The notes under the pieces are model-generated. The model made no database searches. It had not been told where the DNA came from and saw only the letters and a program-made list of their open reading frames with translations. A stretch of DNA of 64,000 nt from Candidatus Poribacteria bacterium (GTDB taxonomy: Bacteria; Poribacteria; WGA-4E; PCPOR2b), in NCBI GenBank assembly GCA_965215015.1, contig OZ244042.1, positions 4,320,001 through 4,384,000 on the forward strand, given 5' to 3'. This document shows positions 1 through 10,646 of the stretch, piece by piece; position 1 is the first letter of the stretch; each line of letters opens with the position of its first letter. The position numbers were made by a program, and so were the translations under genes.

Positions 1-2
1 TG

Positions 3-344
3 GTCGAATCGAATGATGGTGGGGAGACTTGGTCTCCTTGGCGGCGGACGACAATTCGTGGTTGTCCGGGGCACATGCTCGGATTGCGGGATGGACGAAT
101 CTTCACCACCGTCGGCACACGATGGCTCGGACAACGGGGCTGCCTCGCGCGTATCGTCGAACCGGAGGGAAGTGATCTGGATACCGCACCGGAGTTTGTC
201 ATCCGGGGCGATTCACACGATTCAGACTGCGGTTACCCTTGGTCGGTTGAACTTGAAGATGGTCGTGTGTTGGTGGTGTATTATTATGTCTATTCGGATG
301 GTCATCGCGGCATTGAAGGAACGATTGTCGAGGAGGTCTTGTGA
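3..344 (+). CDS. BNR/Asp-box (sialidase-like) protein, C-terminal part, 5' truncated by the window edge
   Basis: Frame is open from base 3: VESNDGGETWSPW (Asp-box SxDxGxTW), continuing into DCGYPWSVELEDGRVLVVYY. Confidence 0.75.
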   Translation, partial: VESNDGGETWSPWRRTTIRGCPGHMLGLRDGRIFTTVGTRWLGQRGCLARIVEPEGSDLDTAPEFVIRGDSHDSDCGYPWSVELEDGRVLVVYYYVYSDGHRGIEGTIVEEVL

Positions 345-423
345 TAGGTCTAATCAGGTGGTTCAGTTCCGGTCAGTCTTAATTCAAACTGAGCATTGAT
401 AAGGAAAAGGTATAGGAATAGAT

Positions 424-1212
424 ATGAGTGAAACGGTTGATATTAAACTCGCATGTATGAGCCTGATGTGGGGTGGGAATCTACCCAACGAAAAGATGCC
501 CGGCTGGATTGACGATGTATCGGCGGCGGGCTATACGGGTGTTGCTACATTTGAGAGAGAGTTGCTTCGGTTTACTGAACAGACGGACTTCGTCGAGAGG
601 ATAGCTGACTATGGGTTTCCATTGGTAAGCGTCGATCTCTTCATTGACCGGGATTTTGATAGGATCAACCGTGTCTGCGAGGTTATGCAACAGCTCGGTG
701 CGAAGCATCTGGTGACGATAGGCGGTTTGGCACAGAAGGGGGCAGACATGAATGAAATCGCTGACCTGCTGAACCAGATTGGCGAAATTGCACAGACCTA
801 CGACGTCCGTGCCTGCTTTCACAACCACACCCACCACACCGGCGAGACATTGGAGGAAACTGAGGCACTGTTACACAAAACAGATCCCGTTAAGTTCTTC
901 GGTTTCTTGGATGTCGGACACGCGACAAAGGATTTCGTGGGGTACCCAGTGGAACAGCGTGCGTCAATGTTCCTTGAGCGCAACTGGGATCGGATCGATT
1001 TTCTGGAGTTCAAGGATTGGCATGAGGATTCCGACTTAAAGACGGAGGTCGGTGCCGGACGCTGTGACTATGAGCGTGTATTTCGGATTTTAAAGGAGAA
1101 AAGTTATTCGGGTTGGATTACGGTGGAGCAGAATGGACCGATGGGAGAGAAGACCCCATTGGAATGCGCTAAAGCGAGTCGAGATTTTATCCAGCAAGGC
1201 TTAGGTGTTTGA
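424..1212 (+). CDS. Sugar phosphate isomerase/epimerase (xylose-isomerase-like TIM barrel, IolE-like)
   Basis: FHNH, LDVGH, FKD and GWITVEQ motifs. Confidence 0.85.
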   Translation: MSETVDIKLACMSLMWGGNLPNEKMPGWIDDVSAAGYTGVATFERELLRFTEQTDFVERIADYGFPLVSVDLFIDRDFDRINRVCEVMQQLGAKHLVTIGGLAQKGADMNEIADLLNQIGEIAQTYDVRACFHNHTHHTGETLEETEALLHKTDPVKFFGFLDVGHATKDFVGYPVEQRASMFLERNWDRIDFLEFKDWHEDSDLKTEVGAGRCDYERVFRILKEKSYSGWITVEQNGPMGEKTPLECAKASRDFIQQGLGV

Positions 1213-2382
1213 CTTTCTATTGATTAGTTCATAAACCGTGATATTTTCCCATTTCCGTTTTGTTCTATGGGTTGTTACCCGCTTCTTAAATCGGTTCAAA
1301 ATTGTTAAGTGAGCAGCGTCAATCATCGCTTCAAGGCGAGCGATCGCTTTTGCACCGGAAGCGTCCGCATACCCGATGAGCACACGCCCCTCTGGATTGA
1401 GGTAACTAGGGAGGTCGTCGAAAAAACGGCGAAGAGTATTCTGTTTTTCATCGTGGATGGCAATTTCCGCCCGATTTCGTGCCCGTGAGACCACCCATGG
1501 TGCGTTGAATATAATGAGATCAAAACGGAGCGTTGACACCGGCTGGAAGAGATCACCTGCTGGCATGAGGTGGATTTTCGACGCGGTACTATGCGTATCA
1601 GTAAAACGTAGAAGATTGAGCCGAGTTGTGGCAACCGCTTCAGGCAGCAGATCTGATGCGTAGATTTTCACCTTCAGATTGCTTACTTCCTTCGCAGCGA
1701 GCAGTGTGAGACACCCGCACCCACACCCCATATCGAGCACCGTTGTATCGTGCGATAGGTGCCGTTTGACACTTTGCAAACCGCGCTGAAACAGTTCGAC
1801 CGTTTCTTGAGAATGGGGTGGAAACACATTCTCGGGGGCACGCAGCGACACGCCGAGTGCACGAATTGGATAAACCGCTGCGAGTGCCCTTTGAATTTTC
1901 TGAATCCTAATAGTAGGGATTAGAAACGGGCATCCTTCATTTGCATCGTGATTTTCGCCGACCCATTCAAGAAGGTAGGGTAGATTTGGCGGCGGGGTTA
2001 CTTGTAGTATTCCGGCTGGGTCTGCCCAGCACATTAAACGTGACAGTGGATCTTGTGTGGGATTTACATTCGCCAACCTCGAATGGGATTTACGTCTGCC
2101 TTTGTCCCGACCAGTCCTTTTTCTCCCTCGTCCACTCTCGCCAGATGGACGAATCAACTCACCTTTTTTTCGATGAATGTACTCCATCACCCCTGTTACC
2201 TGTTCCCAGCCGCCGGACAGGATTGCCACGCCACCGCGGCGTAAGTGGGTAAAAATCTGATTGAATTGCCCCAACTCACTGTGTGTGAATAGCTTCCATG
2301 AAATGTCATCTGAGGCAATTTCTCGAAATTGGGTCGGCACGTAAACATCACCGATGCCGACTATCCGGCGAAATGGAGACAT
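1201..2382 (-). CDS. Class I SAM-dependent methyltransferase (HemK/MTS-like)
   Basis: VLDMGCGCGCL motif I; LIIFNAPW (variant of NPP[F/W]). Confidence 0.8.
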   Translation of the reverse strand: MSPFRRIVGIGDVYVPTQFREIASDDISWKLFTHSELGQFNQIFTHLRRGGVAILSGGWEQVTGVMEYIHRKKGELIRPSGESGRGRKRTGRDKGRRKSHSRLANVNPTQDPLSRLMCWADPAGILQVTPPPNLPYLLEWVGENHDANEGCPFLIPTIRIQKIQRALAAVYPIRALGVSLRAPENVFPPHSQETVELFQRGLQSVKRHLSHDTTVLDMGCGCGCLTLLAAKEVSNLKVKIYASDLLPEAVATTRLNLLRFTDTHSTASKIHLMPAGDLFQPVSTLRFDLIIFNAPWVVSRARNRAEIAIHDEKQNTLRRFFDDLPSYLNPEGRVLIGYADASGAKAIARLEAMIDAAHLTILNRFKKRVTTHRTKRKWENITVYELINRKSNT

Positions 2383-2422
2383 AATAGGTGGAGATGGTTA
2401 AGGGATATCTTTTCTCTGGCGG

Positions 2423-3748
2423 TTAGATGAGCCAGATATACCGAGCCACGAAAAGTACGGCGAAGAGGTAAATTAGCCAATGCACCTGCCTCCCTTGACG
2501 GGTGACCAGTTTTAGCAGGGCGTAGAAGATGAACCCAAACGCAATCCCTTCCGTGATACTGATGGTGAGGGGCATCAGCAACAGGGTCAGAAATGCAGGG
2601 ATGGACTCTGTCACGTCGTCCCAATCGATGGAGACGACATTTTTGAGCATTAGGCTCCCAATGATAATCAGTGCCGGAGCAACTATGGGATAGAGGAAGG
2701 TATTTTCGGCGATGGGGTATCCTGCCCCTACCATCTTGATTAGCGGATTGAAGAATAGGGTGAGCAGCATCAAAATTGCTGTCACAATGTTGGTTAAGCC
2801 GGTGCGTCCTCCCGCAGAGATTCCGGACGCACTCTCGATGTAGCTGGTAACCGTTGATGTGCCGAGAAGGGCACCTGCGCTTGTGGCGACCGCATCGGAA
2901 AGCAGTGCCTGCCTTGCTTTCGGTAGTTTTCCATCAACCATAAAGCCACCTTGTTCACCGACACCAACCAGTGTTCCAACGGTATCGAACAAATCTAGAA
3001 AGATAAAGATAAAAATTATTGAAATTAGCTTGGGATCTACGAGAATGTTTGGGATTTGAAGTTTGAGGAAGGTTGGGGCAATAGATGGCGGGGCGGAAAC
3101 AACCCCTTGAAATTTGACCATGCCGGTGATGAGACCAACAATGGTTGAAGCGAGAATGCCGATCAGGATTGCACCGCGCACTTTTAGGGCGAACAGGATA
3201 GCAATCACGACGACTCCGAACAACGAGAGCAGTGCCGGGGGCGATTTCAGATCGCCGAGGGTGACATAGGTCGCCGGATGGGCGGCGATAAGCCCCGCCC
3301 ATTCCAAGCCCACGAGCGCGATGAGCAACCCAATTCCGGCAGGAATGGCGTTTCTCAATGAAACAGGCAGAATAGTCATCACCTTTTCGCGCAAACCGAC
3401 AAAGAAGAGCAAGATAAACAGTACCCCTGCAATGAAAACAGCACCGAGCGCGTTTTGCCACGATATACCAAGGGTGAGACAGACTGTGAAGGTAAAATAG
3501 AAGTTATGTCCCATCCCCGGTGCAAGGGCAATGGGATAGTTGGCGAGGAGTGCCATCAGCACCATTGCCAATGCACTTGTGATGCAGGTTGCTGCCATCA
3601 CCGCACCAGGATCCATCCCCGCTGTTGACAGTACCGCCGGTTGGACGAAGATAATATACGAAAGCGTCATGAACGTTGTGCAGCCTGCAACAATTTCACG
3701 TTTAACAGTCGTTCCTGACTCTTGTAAATGAAACCACTTTTCCAGCAT
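2423..3748 (-). CDS. NCS2 family (AzgA/PbuG-type) purine permease
   Basis: TTVKREIVAGCTTFMTLSYII, APGMG and YIESASGISAGGRTGLT signatures; multiple TM segments; AGGAGG RBS. Confidence 0.92.
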   Translation of the reverse strand: MLEKWFHLQESGTTVKREIVAGCTTFMTLSYIIFVQPAVLSTAGMDPGAVMAATCITSALAMVLMALLANYPIALAPGMGHNFYFTFTVCLTLGISWQNALGAVFIAGVLFILLFFVGLREKVMTILPVSLRNAIPAGIGLLIALVGLEWAGLIAAHPATYVTLGDLKSPPALLSLFGVVVIAILFALKVRGAILIGILASTIVGLITGMVKFQGVVSAPPSIAPTFLKLQIPNILVDPKLISIIFIFIFLDLFDTVGTLVGVGEQGGFMVDGKLPKARQALLSDAVATSAGALLGTSTVTSYIESASGISAGGRTGLTNIVTAILMLLTLFFNPLIKMVGAGYPIAENTFLYPIVAPALIIIGSLMLKNVVSIDWDDVTESIPAFLTLLLMPLTISITEGIAFGFIFYALLKLVTRQGRQVHWLIYLFAVLFVARYIWLI

Positions 3749-3819
3749 TGATTACCTCCTTGAACGGATGTGAGGTGAGTCCTAAAAACTGAGTGTGAAC
3801 ACGAAATATGTGGTATGAG

Positions 3820-4154
3820 CTAGGACATGTTAACATTTTGCTGTCATCAGTTCGGGAAACGCTGTAACCATTGGGTGATTCGCCAGCGACCGAGGCGGTT
3901 ATCCGAAATCACCTCAGGCGGTCGAGATTCATATCTCGACACCCAAATGTTACTTTGAATCCCGATCACATCATCAGGGTAGATGTTGAAAAATTGATCT
4001 GCTGAAGTTGGTTTCACCCGATTTATCTATCAGCGAGTGTTGTTGAAAGGCGGAATTTCTATTGGGGTTGATAGGGACTCGTTTTAACCGTTCAACCCAA
4101 CCTACACTCCTGTCAAATGTCACCAGAACCGAATTCTGTGAGGACATGTTCTAA
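3820..4154. mobile_element. Degenerate MITE-like element containing a REP-like sequence
   Basis: Imperfect inverted ends TAGGACATGT / ACATGTTCTA; internal GTAGGTTGGGTTGAAC on the - strand at ~4090-4105; similar ends at 38815-39009. Confidence 0.45.
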
Positions 4155-4155
4155 G

Positions 4156-5577
4156 TTAAGGTCGTCTGCTTTGCGTTAATTGTTCCAATACATCTTTCAA
4201 TCCCAAACTTAAAACAACAGGGTATTCTTCCGCATCCGTCAACCTTTTATAAGGTTCAGGCAGCTTTGCCAGCTCGGTTTTGGTTTTTGCCTGCATTGCA
4301 GCTAAGTCAGAGAACGAATAGACTAACTCCCCTTTGAGAACTATCGGCACAAGCAGCGGTTCACCGTCTTGCAGGTCTTCAGCCCAAAGGCTGATCACAT
4401 CCTTAACATAATTTCCCTCAGCATCGTATAGGCGATGGAGCTGCTTCCTACTAGGCAGGGTTGATTTGCCTGTATCCTCACTGAACTTCACAGTGGCAGT
4501 CGCTTGCTCGTCCTCAATTCGCTCAACATGCTTGTAGACGCCGGGCAGTGCCGAGGGACCTCCTTCACCAGTCAGCGGATTGAAATTTGCTCCCGTTGCC
4601 AAACGGGTGCCGACGCCAAAGCTGTCAATCGGGGCCCCTTGAGCCAATAGTTGATCAATCTGAAATTCGTCAAGGTCGTTGCTGGCAAAGATTTGTAGGT
4701 CAGTCAGTCCTGCTTCATCGAAAATCTCTCTTACTGCTTTGCTCAGTGCCAGCAGATTGCCGCTATCAAGCCGAACACCTCTCAGTTGTGCACCTCTTGC
4801 CTGCATCTCCTTCCCAACAGCACAGGCATTCTTTGCTCCCTGAATTGTGTCATAGGTATCGATCAGCAGGAGGGTGTTATGGGGGAAAGATCTGGCATAG
4901 TCTCGAAAAGCCTCGAGCTCGGATGGACGATCCATGATGAATTTGTGTGCAACTGTTCCGATATAGGGGATGTTGAAGTATTGTCCCGCAATGACTAGGG
5001 AAGTACCGGCAGCACCTCCGATGAAGGACGCTCGGGCAGCCAGAATGCCGGCATCCCGCCCATGCGCCCTGCGCGCCCCAAAATCGAAGCAGGTTCGTCC
5101 GCGCGCTGCATGAACGATTCGTGCCGTTTTCGTGGCGATTAGCGTCTGGAAATTCATGATGTTGAGGAGATAGGTCTCGAAGATCTGGATGTCAATTGAT
5201 CTGCCTGTTACATTGATCAGCGGTTCGTTTGCAAAAACGAGTGTTCCTTCAGGCACCGCATAGACATCGCCCTCGAATTTGAAGTGGCGCAGATAATCGA
5301 GGAAGTCATCGCTCATATCCGGCGTCGGTTTGCTTTCCTTCAGCCATTGGAGGTCTGCATCAGTAAATCGCAGGTTCAATATGTAGTGGATTACCTGTTC
5401 CAACCCTGCCGCTATCAGATACTCGCCCTGCGGGATAAATCGGACGAAGTAGTTCTCAGTGCAGATTGCGTTGTTCCCACTGTCGAAATCAGCTTTGCCC
5501 ATTGTGAGCTCGTAATAGTCAGCGAACAACGCCATATTCGATTCAGTGAGGAGGCCCGATTGGAGTGCTTTGGTCAT
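4156..5577 (-). CDS. pncB: Nicotinate phosphoribosyltransferase
   Basis: DYYELTM, DFGARRAHG, LLIDTYD, GVRLDSG and FGVGTRL motifs. Confidence 0.93.
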   Translation of the reverse strand: MTKALQSGLLTESNMALFADYYELTMGKADFDSGNNAICTENYFVRFIPQGEYLIAAGLEQVIHYILNLRFTDADLQWLKESKPTPDMSDDFLDYLRHFKFEGDVYAVPEGTLVFANEPLINVTGRSIDIQIFETYLLNIMNFQTLIATKTARIVHAARGRTCFDFGARRAHGRDAGILAARASFIGGAAGTSLVIAGQYFNIPYIGTVAHKFIMDRPSELEAFRDYARSFPHNTLLLIDTYDTIQGAKNACAVGKEMQARGAQLRGVRLDSGNLLALSKAVREIFDEAGLTDLQIFASNDLDEFQIDQLLAQGAPIDSFGVGTRLATGANFNPLTGEGGPSALPGVYKHVERIEDEQATATVKFSEDTGKSTLPSRKQLHRLYDAEGNYVKDVISLWAEDLQDGEPLLVPIVLKGELVYSFSDLAAMQAKTKTELAKLPEPYKRLTDAEEYPVVLSLGLKDVLEQLTQSRRP

Positions 5578-5597
5578 CGTTCAGTTCCCGTGGCTTA

Positions 5598-7037
5598 TCA
5601 GTTGAACTGTTGGAGTTTCTGCTGTAACCATTGCGTCATTGGTCCCACCGCCGGATCGCATACCTCAATCATGCGGCCGGGTAGAGGTTGTCCCAACAAT
5701 CCCTCTACTTCCGCTCGGCAAGCCTTGACGACAGCTGGATGATCTCCTACTACATTGTGAATTTCTGCGGGGTCGTCTGTCAAGTCGAACAGTTCATCTC
5801 CGTCCGGGGCATCATAGCCGACAGCGGTGCAGAAATTCCAGCGTTCATCTCTTACGCTGACACGACCTTGTGCGTTGCCCGTTGCGAAATCTGCCCAACC
5901 GATAATAATTCGGTCACGAATGGAAGCCTGTTTTCCAGTCACCAATTGCCAGAAATCCTTTCCATCTGTCCAATCGCACGGAATCCCAAGTTGGTGTAGC
6001 AAAGTCGGCATCAGGTCGTGGTTTTGGACAAACGCAGCAACCTCTTGACTTTGCTGTGTCCCTGGGCGACGGATCAACAGGTTCAATTGGGTGTTGAATG
6101 GATGCAGTTGATCGGGACCTTTTCCGAAGCGTCCTTGGTCGCGGAGTTGGGTGCCGTGGTCGGAAAGAACCACTACCAGTGTGTCGTCGCGTAACTTTAA
6201 TTCCTCTATTTTGGAGAGCATCCATCCAATACATTTATCAACGAAAGTAACTTCGCCAAGATAGAGTGCTTCAATCCGTCGGAGTTCGTCTTCTGCTGGA
6301 TTGCCTGTTTCATACGCTGCACCCTGCGTGATGAAATCCTTACCCGAATAGTCGGAGAGATATGCGTCTGCGTAGCCGGGGGGCGGATCCCACGGTTCGT
6401 GCGGATCGAAACTGTCTATCCATAGGAAGAAGGGACTCGCTGTGTGGTTGGCGTCGAGCCATTCACAAGCAGATCGAAACACGCGGGCGCAACTGTAATC
6501 ATCTTCGGAACGCCGATGTCGTTGATTGAGCAGGTAATTAACTAATCCCGCGTGGTGCTGCCAGTTAATAGGTTCCCTGACATGCTGTTTCAGTTGATCT
6601 TCAATCAACCGCGGATCGCCGCTTCGCCAGTTGTCCGATTCCTGTCCCCGGATAAAATCCAAGTGTGCAAACCCGCGTGAGAAGTTCATTGTGGGTTTAA
6701 ACATGTGGTAGGTATCAGCAATCAGTGCTGTCAGATAGCCTCGCGCTAGCAGGACTTCAGCAATTGTATCTTGCTCTGGGGGGATTTTATGCCAGCCGGC
6801 TGCATGGTGCCAGTGTCCCCGGCGGTCAAAGTTGAATCGCCACGGAAAACTTCTCATACCGGTGAACAATCCGCGACGTATTTGAAGCGTGGGTTGACCT
6901 TCCCCAAACGCCCGCGTAAAGCGGATACTTTCCCCCGCAAGCGCATCTAGGTTGGGCGTTTGGACATGGCTATATTTTTTGCCCGGTCCGATAATGTCGG
7001 CTCGGAATGTGTCTAAACAAACGCAAATGATGTTCAT
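5598..7037 (-). CDS. Sulfatase-family hydrolase (alkaline phosphatase superfamily) with an atypical active-site motif
   Basis: Start at MNIICVCLDTFRAD; TPNLD, DPHEPWDPP and SDHG motifs; PTLQIRRGLFTG in place of CxPxRxxxxTG. Confidence 0.85.
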   Translation of the reverse strand: MNIICVCLDTFRADIIGPGKKYSHVQTPNLDALAGESIRFTRAFGEGQPTLQIRRGLFTGMRSFPWRFNFDRRGHWHHAAGWHKIPPEQDTIAEVLLARGYLTALIADTYHMFKPTMNFSRGFAHLDFIRGQESDNWRSGDPRLIEDQLKQHVREPINWQHHAGLVNYLLNQRHRRSEDDYSCARVFRSACEWLDANHTASPFFLWIDSFDPHEPWDPPPGYADAYLSDYSGKDFITQGAAYETGNPAEDELRRIEALYLGEVTFVDKCIGWMLSKIEELKLRDDTLVVVLSDHGTQLRDQGRFGKGPDQLHPFNTQLNLLIRRPGTQQSQEVAAFVQNHDLMPTLLHQLGIPCDWTDGKDFWQLVTGKQASIRDRIIIGWADFATGNAQGRVSVRDERWNFCTAVGYDAPDGDELFDLTDDPAEIHNVVGDHPAVVKACRAEVEGLLGQPLPGRMIEVCDPAVGPMTQWLQQKLQQFN

Positions 7038-7042
7038 TTTTC

Positions 7043-7867
7043 CTATGAAGCCTCCTCCCATGCCCGACGGACGAAGGGGACAGCTTTTTCAAATCCCGCT
7101 TCCCCTGTACGGCTCGCCTCCTCGATGCTCAACCAGCCGTCAAAGCCGTTGCGCTTCAAAATGGAGAAAACTTGCCTTATAGGGGAAGCTCCAGTGCCAA
7201 CAAGGACTGTCTCAAATTCGCCTGGGGTGCGGATATCAAACACATGAACGACTGCGATTCTGTCAATGACAGCTTCTAACAGCACTATCGGATCTTCTCG
7301 GAGGACCAGAGAATTTGCGGTGTCAAAGCAGACCTTGAGGGAGGTATCCGCAAGATTGTTGAGAATTTCCAAGAAAATCTCGTTAGGTTGTGAGAAGTCC
7401 CAATATTGCCAAGGCGCGCCCTTGGTGTGATTTTCGTAGACTAAGGTCACTCCCAAGCTATCTGCTTCATCGACCACTTGGCGAAGCCCATTAACTGCCC
7501 AGTAGATTCCCTGCTCCCGATCGGTGCCGGGGTGATTTTGTCCGGCGGTTACACGGGCGTATTTGGCACCGAGTGCCTTTGTCAGTTGCACATCTGCTTT
7601 CATCTGTGTTATCTCTTGTGCACGCTGATCGGCGTCTGGATGTGTGAAATCAGGATAACACGCCAATGCACAAAACTCAATACCAATTTTTTGCCCTTCC
7701 GCAGTGATGGTGTTAAGGGTATCCTTCTCTCGGTTTGGGAAGAATTTTACGCTGAAGTCAACCCCTTCTAGCCCAAGGGCAGCGGCAAAATGAATCCAAT
7801 CGATAACAGATTTCTTGCCGCTGAAGATGTCTTCGTAGAGTGAAACGGGTATACAGCTGAGTTTCAT
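7043..7867 (-). CDS. Sugar phosphate isomerase/epimerase (TIM barrel)
   Basis: YENH, FDTAN and GFDGWLSIEE motifs. Confidence 0.85.
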   Translation of the reverse strand: MKLSCIPVSLYEDIFSGKKSVIDWIHFAAALGLEGVDFSVKFFPNREKDTLNTITAEGQKIGIEFCALACYPDFTHPDADQRAQEITQMKADVQLTKALGAKYARVTAGQNHPGTDREQGIYWAVNGLRQVVDEADSLGVTLVYENHTKGAPWQYWDFSQPNEIFLEILNNLADTSLKVCFDTANSLVLREDPIVLLEAVIDRIAVVHVFDIRTPGEFETVLVGTGASPIRQVFSILKRNGFDGWLSIEEASRTGEAGFEKAVPFVRRAWEEAS

Positions 7868-7912
7868 AGTTGAACCTTCATTTTTATAGGATGTGATAGA
7901 AGGATAGGTGAA

Positions 7913-9868
7913 CTAGGGGAAAAATTGGTATAAAGGTGTATTGGTCAGAATACTCAAAATTCCCCAGATGTTGCTTAACAGATAATCTCCCAAAGCCAGC
8001 CCCAAAAAGCAGGGAATAGCGCGACGATAGCCGTTGAGACCTCCATAGCGCAGGATGACTGCTTTGAACGCCCAAGCGACAAATAGGCAACTCCACAGGT
8101 TGTACATCCCCCAACTATCCGCCATCGCATAGCCGAGAGGGTGGAGCGACCACCACAGGAAACGCCCTCGTAGAAACATCAATACCACTGCTACGCCGAG
8201 GCCGCCACCCATGAAGGCAAGCGCGGGCTCATCCCGCTCTCGAGGGGAGTTCAGCCAGCTTTCAAGTCGGTTGTAGATCCAGCCGCGTTGCGTGGTTGGC
8301 CCCATGTAGTGTCCCGACTCGGCACCGTGTCGATAGTAGTTATCCAACAAAAGCCAGTATGTTGCGATTGCCCCGATGAGTGTTGCGATTACAATAGCGA
8401 TGGCGATATGGTGAGGATTAATATTTCGTCGTTCCGAAATCTTGAAGGCTTCCAGCTGCTGCGGCATCAGATTGGTTCGGTTTGCGAAAGTGAAGTGCAT
8501 GTACAACGTAAAAACGGTAAGGGCACTGGGACCCAACCTGCGTGTTCCGAACGCATTGATAATCATGTGGTGCGGATCGACACCGTTTTGAAAATCGTGG
8601 CACAAGAATCCCATTTCCGCACGCAGCCGCGCAATCATCGTCCCTAATAAGAAGTAAATTCCAAAGAACAGTGGAATTACCCATAACGGCATACCCGCCT
8701 TATAGGAAAAAACTGTTAAGAAAATCGTACCAAATACCACACATGCAAATGCCAAACGATACCGTATTGGTTCATAGGAGTCATCCAGTTGCGACGCGGA
8801 TGCGGCACGGCTGAACAGATGGTGCCCCAATCTTATGAAATGTGCCCTGCCTGTCCACAATGCGACCACGAATAGCCCAATATACACGCCAAAACTCTGT
8901 TCAGCGATATATGGGAAGCGCGGCAGACCCTGCCAACCCATGATGTTCCCGCCCATCAACTCAATTTTGTAAACCCAGTAAAACACCCAGCACGAAAGCA
9001 GGAGGTCAAGCGGCATAAGAAAGCTGATGCCGATGACGAAAGGGTAAAAGGAGAGCCTTACGCTGCCCATCGCATTCCAGGGCCGTTCGGTGAAATACTG
9101 ATGGATGGATTGACGTTTGACGGGGATGTAGGGGAATGCGGGGTAGATTGAATTGAGCAGGTTTTCGATACTGATTAAGGCAGCGATGCCGAAGCCAAGC
9201 CACATCAGTCTGTTTTTGAAGAAACCGGATCTGGGATTGGTCATCTCCAGTGGAAGTTGAATCAGCGGATACGTCAACCGTTCGTGCTCCGTCCACTGTT
9301 TCCGCAACAGGGTGGTAAGCCCTAGCATCACAACCATCAGTACAAATAGGAACGTAATCCAAGCCCCGCCGGGGATGAGCCATGCCTTAAAATACCCCTC
9401 TTCGTAGAGCGTTGAACCTCCTTTATAGAATGGTGTTAGGGCTTTCTCGTCCCGCACGGTAAGCCATTCGGGAAGATGTTTGAAAAGCAGCTCTCGCCAG
9501 CCGTTTTCAGGGGTGGCGAACCGGAACGGGTGCCCCAAAATTGGGACCAAAATCTCCATCATGTCATATGAACAGAGGCAGGAAACGAAACCCAACATGA
9601 CATAGATGGTGAGGAGCTCCTGCTGAGAGAGACCAAGCGTTGGAGAGATTTTAACAAGTATATACCGGATCAGCAGGAGCCAAAAAATGACGAAAATGAC
9701 ATTTGAAAACGGGTGGATAATTGTCGGGAAGGTATAGCGAACGACTTCAAGCTCGATAAGCCAATACACGGTGATTGGCATGAGCAATAGGGCAATCAGA
9801 CAAGACTTGAGTGTTAAGCCGCTCTGGAAGGTGATAGACGTGTCTTTTATTAGGCTATCGCTTCGCAT
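7913..9868 (-). CDS. Large polytopic membrane protein, DUF6785/DUF6784-like (putative transporter)
   Basis: ~650 aa with many TM helices; LRKQWTEHERLTYPLIQLP and WWSLHPLGY...RYGG..YRRAIPCFLGLALGD motifs. Confidence 0.7.
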   Translation of the reverse strand: MRSDSLIKDTSITFQSGLTLKSCLIALLLMPITVYWLIELEVVRYTFPTIIHPFSNVIFVIFWLLLIRYILVKISPTLGLSQQELLTIYVMLGFVSCLCSYDMMEILVPILGHPFRFATPENGWRELLFKHLPEWLTVRDEKALTPFYKGGSTLYEEGYFKAWLIPGGAWITFLFVLMVVMLGLTTLLRKQWTEHERLTYPLIQLPLEMTNPRSGFFKNRLMWLGFGIAALISIENLLNSIYPAFPYIPVKRQSIHQYFTERPWNAMGSVRLSFYPFVIGISFLMPLDLLLSCWVFYWVYKIELMGGNIMGWQGLPRFPYIAEQSFGVYIGLFVVALWTGRAHFIRLGHHLFSRAASASQLDDSYEPIRYRLAFACVVFGTIFLTVFSYKAGMPLWVIPLFFGIYFLLGTMIARLRAEMGFLCHDFQNGVDPHHMIINAFGTRRLGPSALTVFTLYMHFTFANRTNLMPQQLEAFKISERRNINPHHIAIAIVIATLIGAIATYWLLLDNYYRHGAESGHYMGPTTQRGWIYNRLESWLNSPRERDEPALAFMGGGLGVAVVLMFLRGRFLWWSLHPLGYAMADSWGMYNLWSCLFVAWAFKAVILRYGGLNGYRRAIPCFLGLALGDYLLSNIWGILSILTNTPLYQFFP

Positions 9869-9987
9869 TGTCAAGAAATGGAATTTAAATAAATCACCGC
9901 TTTTGCCTCGAGCACTATACCGTTTTGATTTTAATAATACGACAATTCCATTCTGGGATATTCAAGCGTAGCTCACAATTATGTCCC

Positions 9988-10383
9988 CTATCCACAGCCG
10001 ATCTCGGCGATTGCCTCGACCTCGACGAGTAGATCAGGGTTGACCAACGTTGGTGTGGCGACCGTGGCACTGGCGGGTATATTGTTTGGGAATGCCTCGG
10101 CACGTGCCTCCGCATATTCTGCGTACCGGCTCATATCGGTAAGAAACGCTGTAATTTTTACCACATCTTCCATGGTTGCGCCGGCTTCAGCGAGGACCGC
10201 TTGAATATTAACGAAAACTTGTTGTGACTGCGCGCCCATATCATCCCCACCAACTAAATTGCCTTGTGGGTCGAAGGCCACCTGTCCTGATACATACACG
10301 GTGTTTCCCACCTGCACGCCTTGAGCTATTCGGAATTGACTTGCCCAGGGCCAGGGTGGATTCAGTTCGATTCGCTCTGGCAT
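9988..10383 (-). CDS. RidA/YjgF family protein
   Basis: VYVSGQV, DVVKITAFL, PASAT and LVEVEAIA motifs. Confidence 0.9.
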   Translation of the reverse strand: MPERIELNPPWPWASQFRIAQGVQVGNTVYVSGQVAFDPQGNLVGGDDMGAQSQQVFVNIQAVLAEAGATMEDVVKITAFLTDMSRYAEYAEARAEAFPNNIPASATVATPTLVNPDLLVEVEAIAEIGCG

Positions 10384-10646
10384 CTTGCACCTCCTAGTGT
10401 TTTGGTTGGCAGTTATAGTTTGTTGAAGGCCGGATACAGACAGGATAGTTCAGTACAGCATACCGTTTTCTTCCCTATCAAGTCTGTGTCCTTTGTTGTA
10501 TGAGATATTATCACAAATGACAGTGGAAGGCTACGAAAAACTTTTGCTGATGAATTCGGCAAGATGTACCCTACTAGGTAAGAGGCACTTTGAGCAAATC
10601 GAAATCCAAATTGCAGGCTATTATTTGGCGATGGGTTGCCCCCATT

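Noticed and set aside
3749-4155. Purine riboswitch upstream of the NCS2 permease
   Set aside because: No TATAA..ATATGG..TCTACC..CCGTAAA..GACTA core on the - strand; the region is filled by repeat fragments
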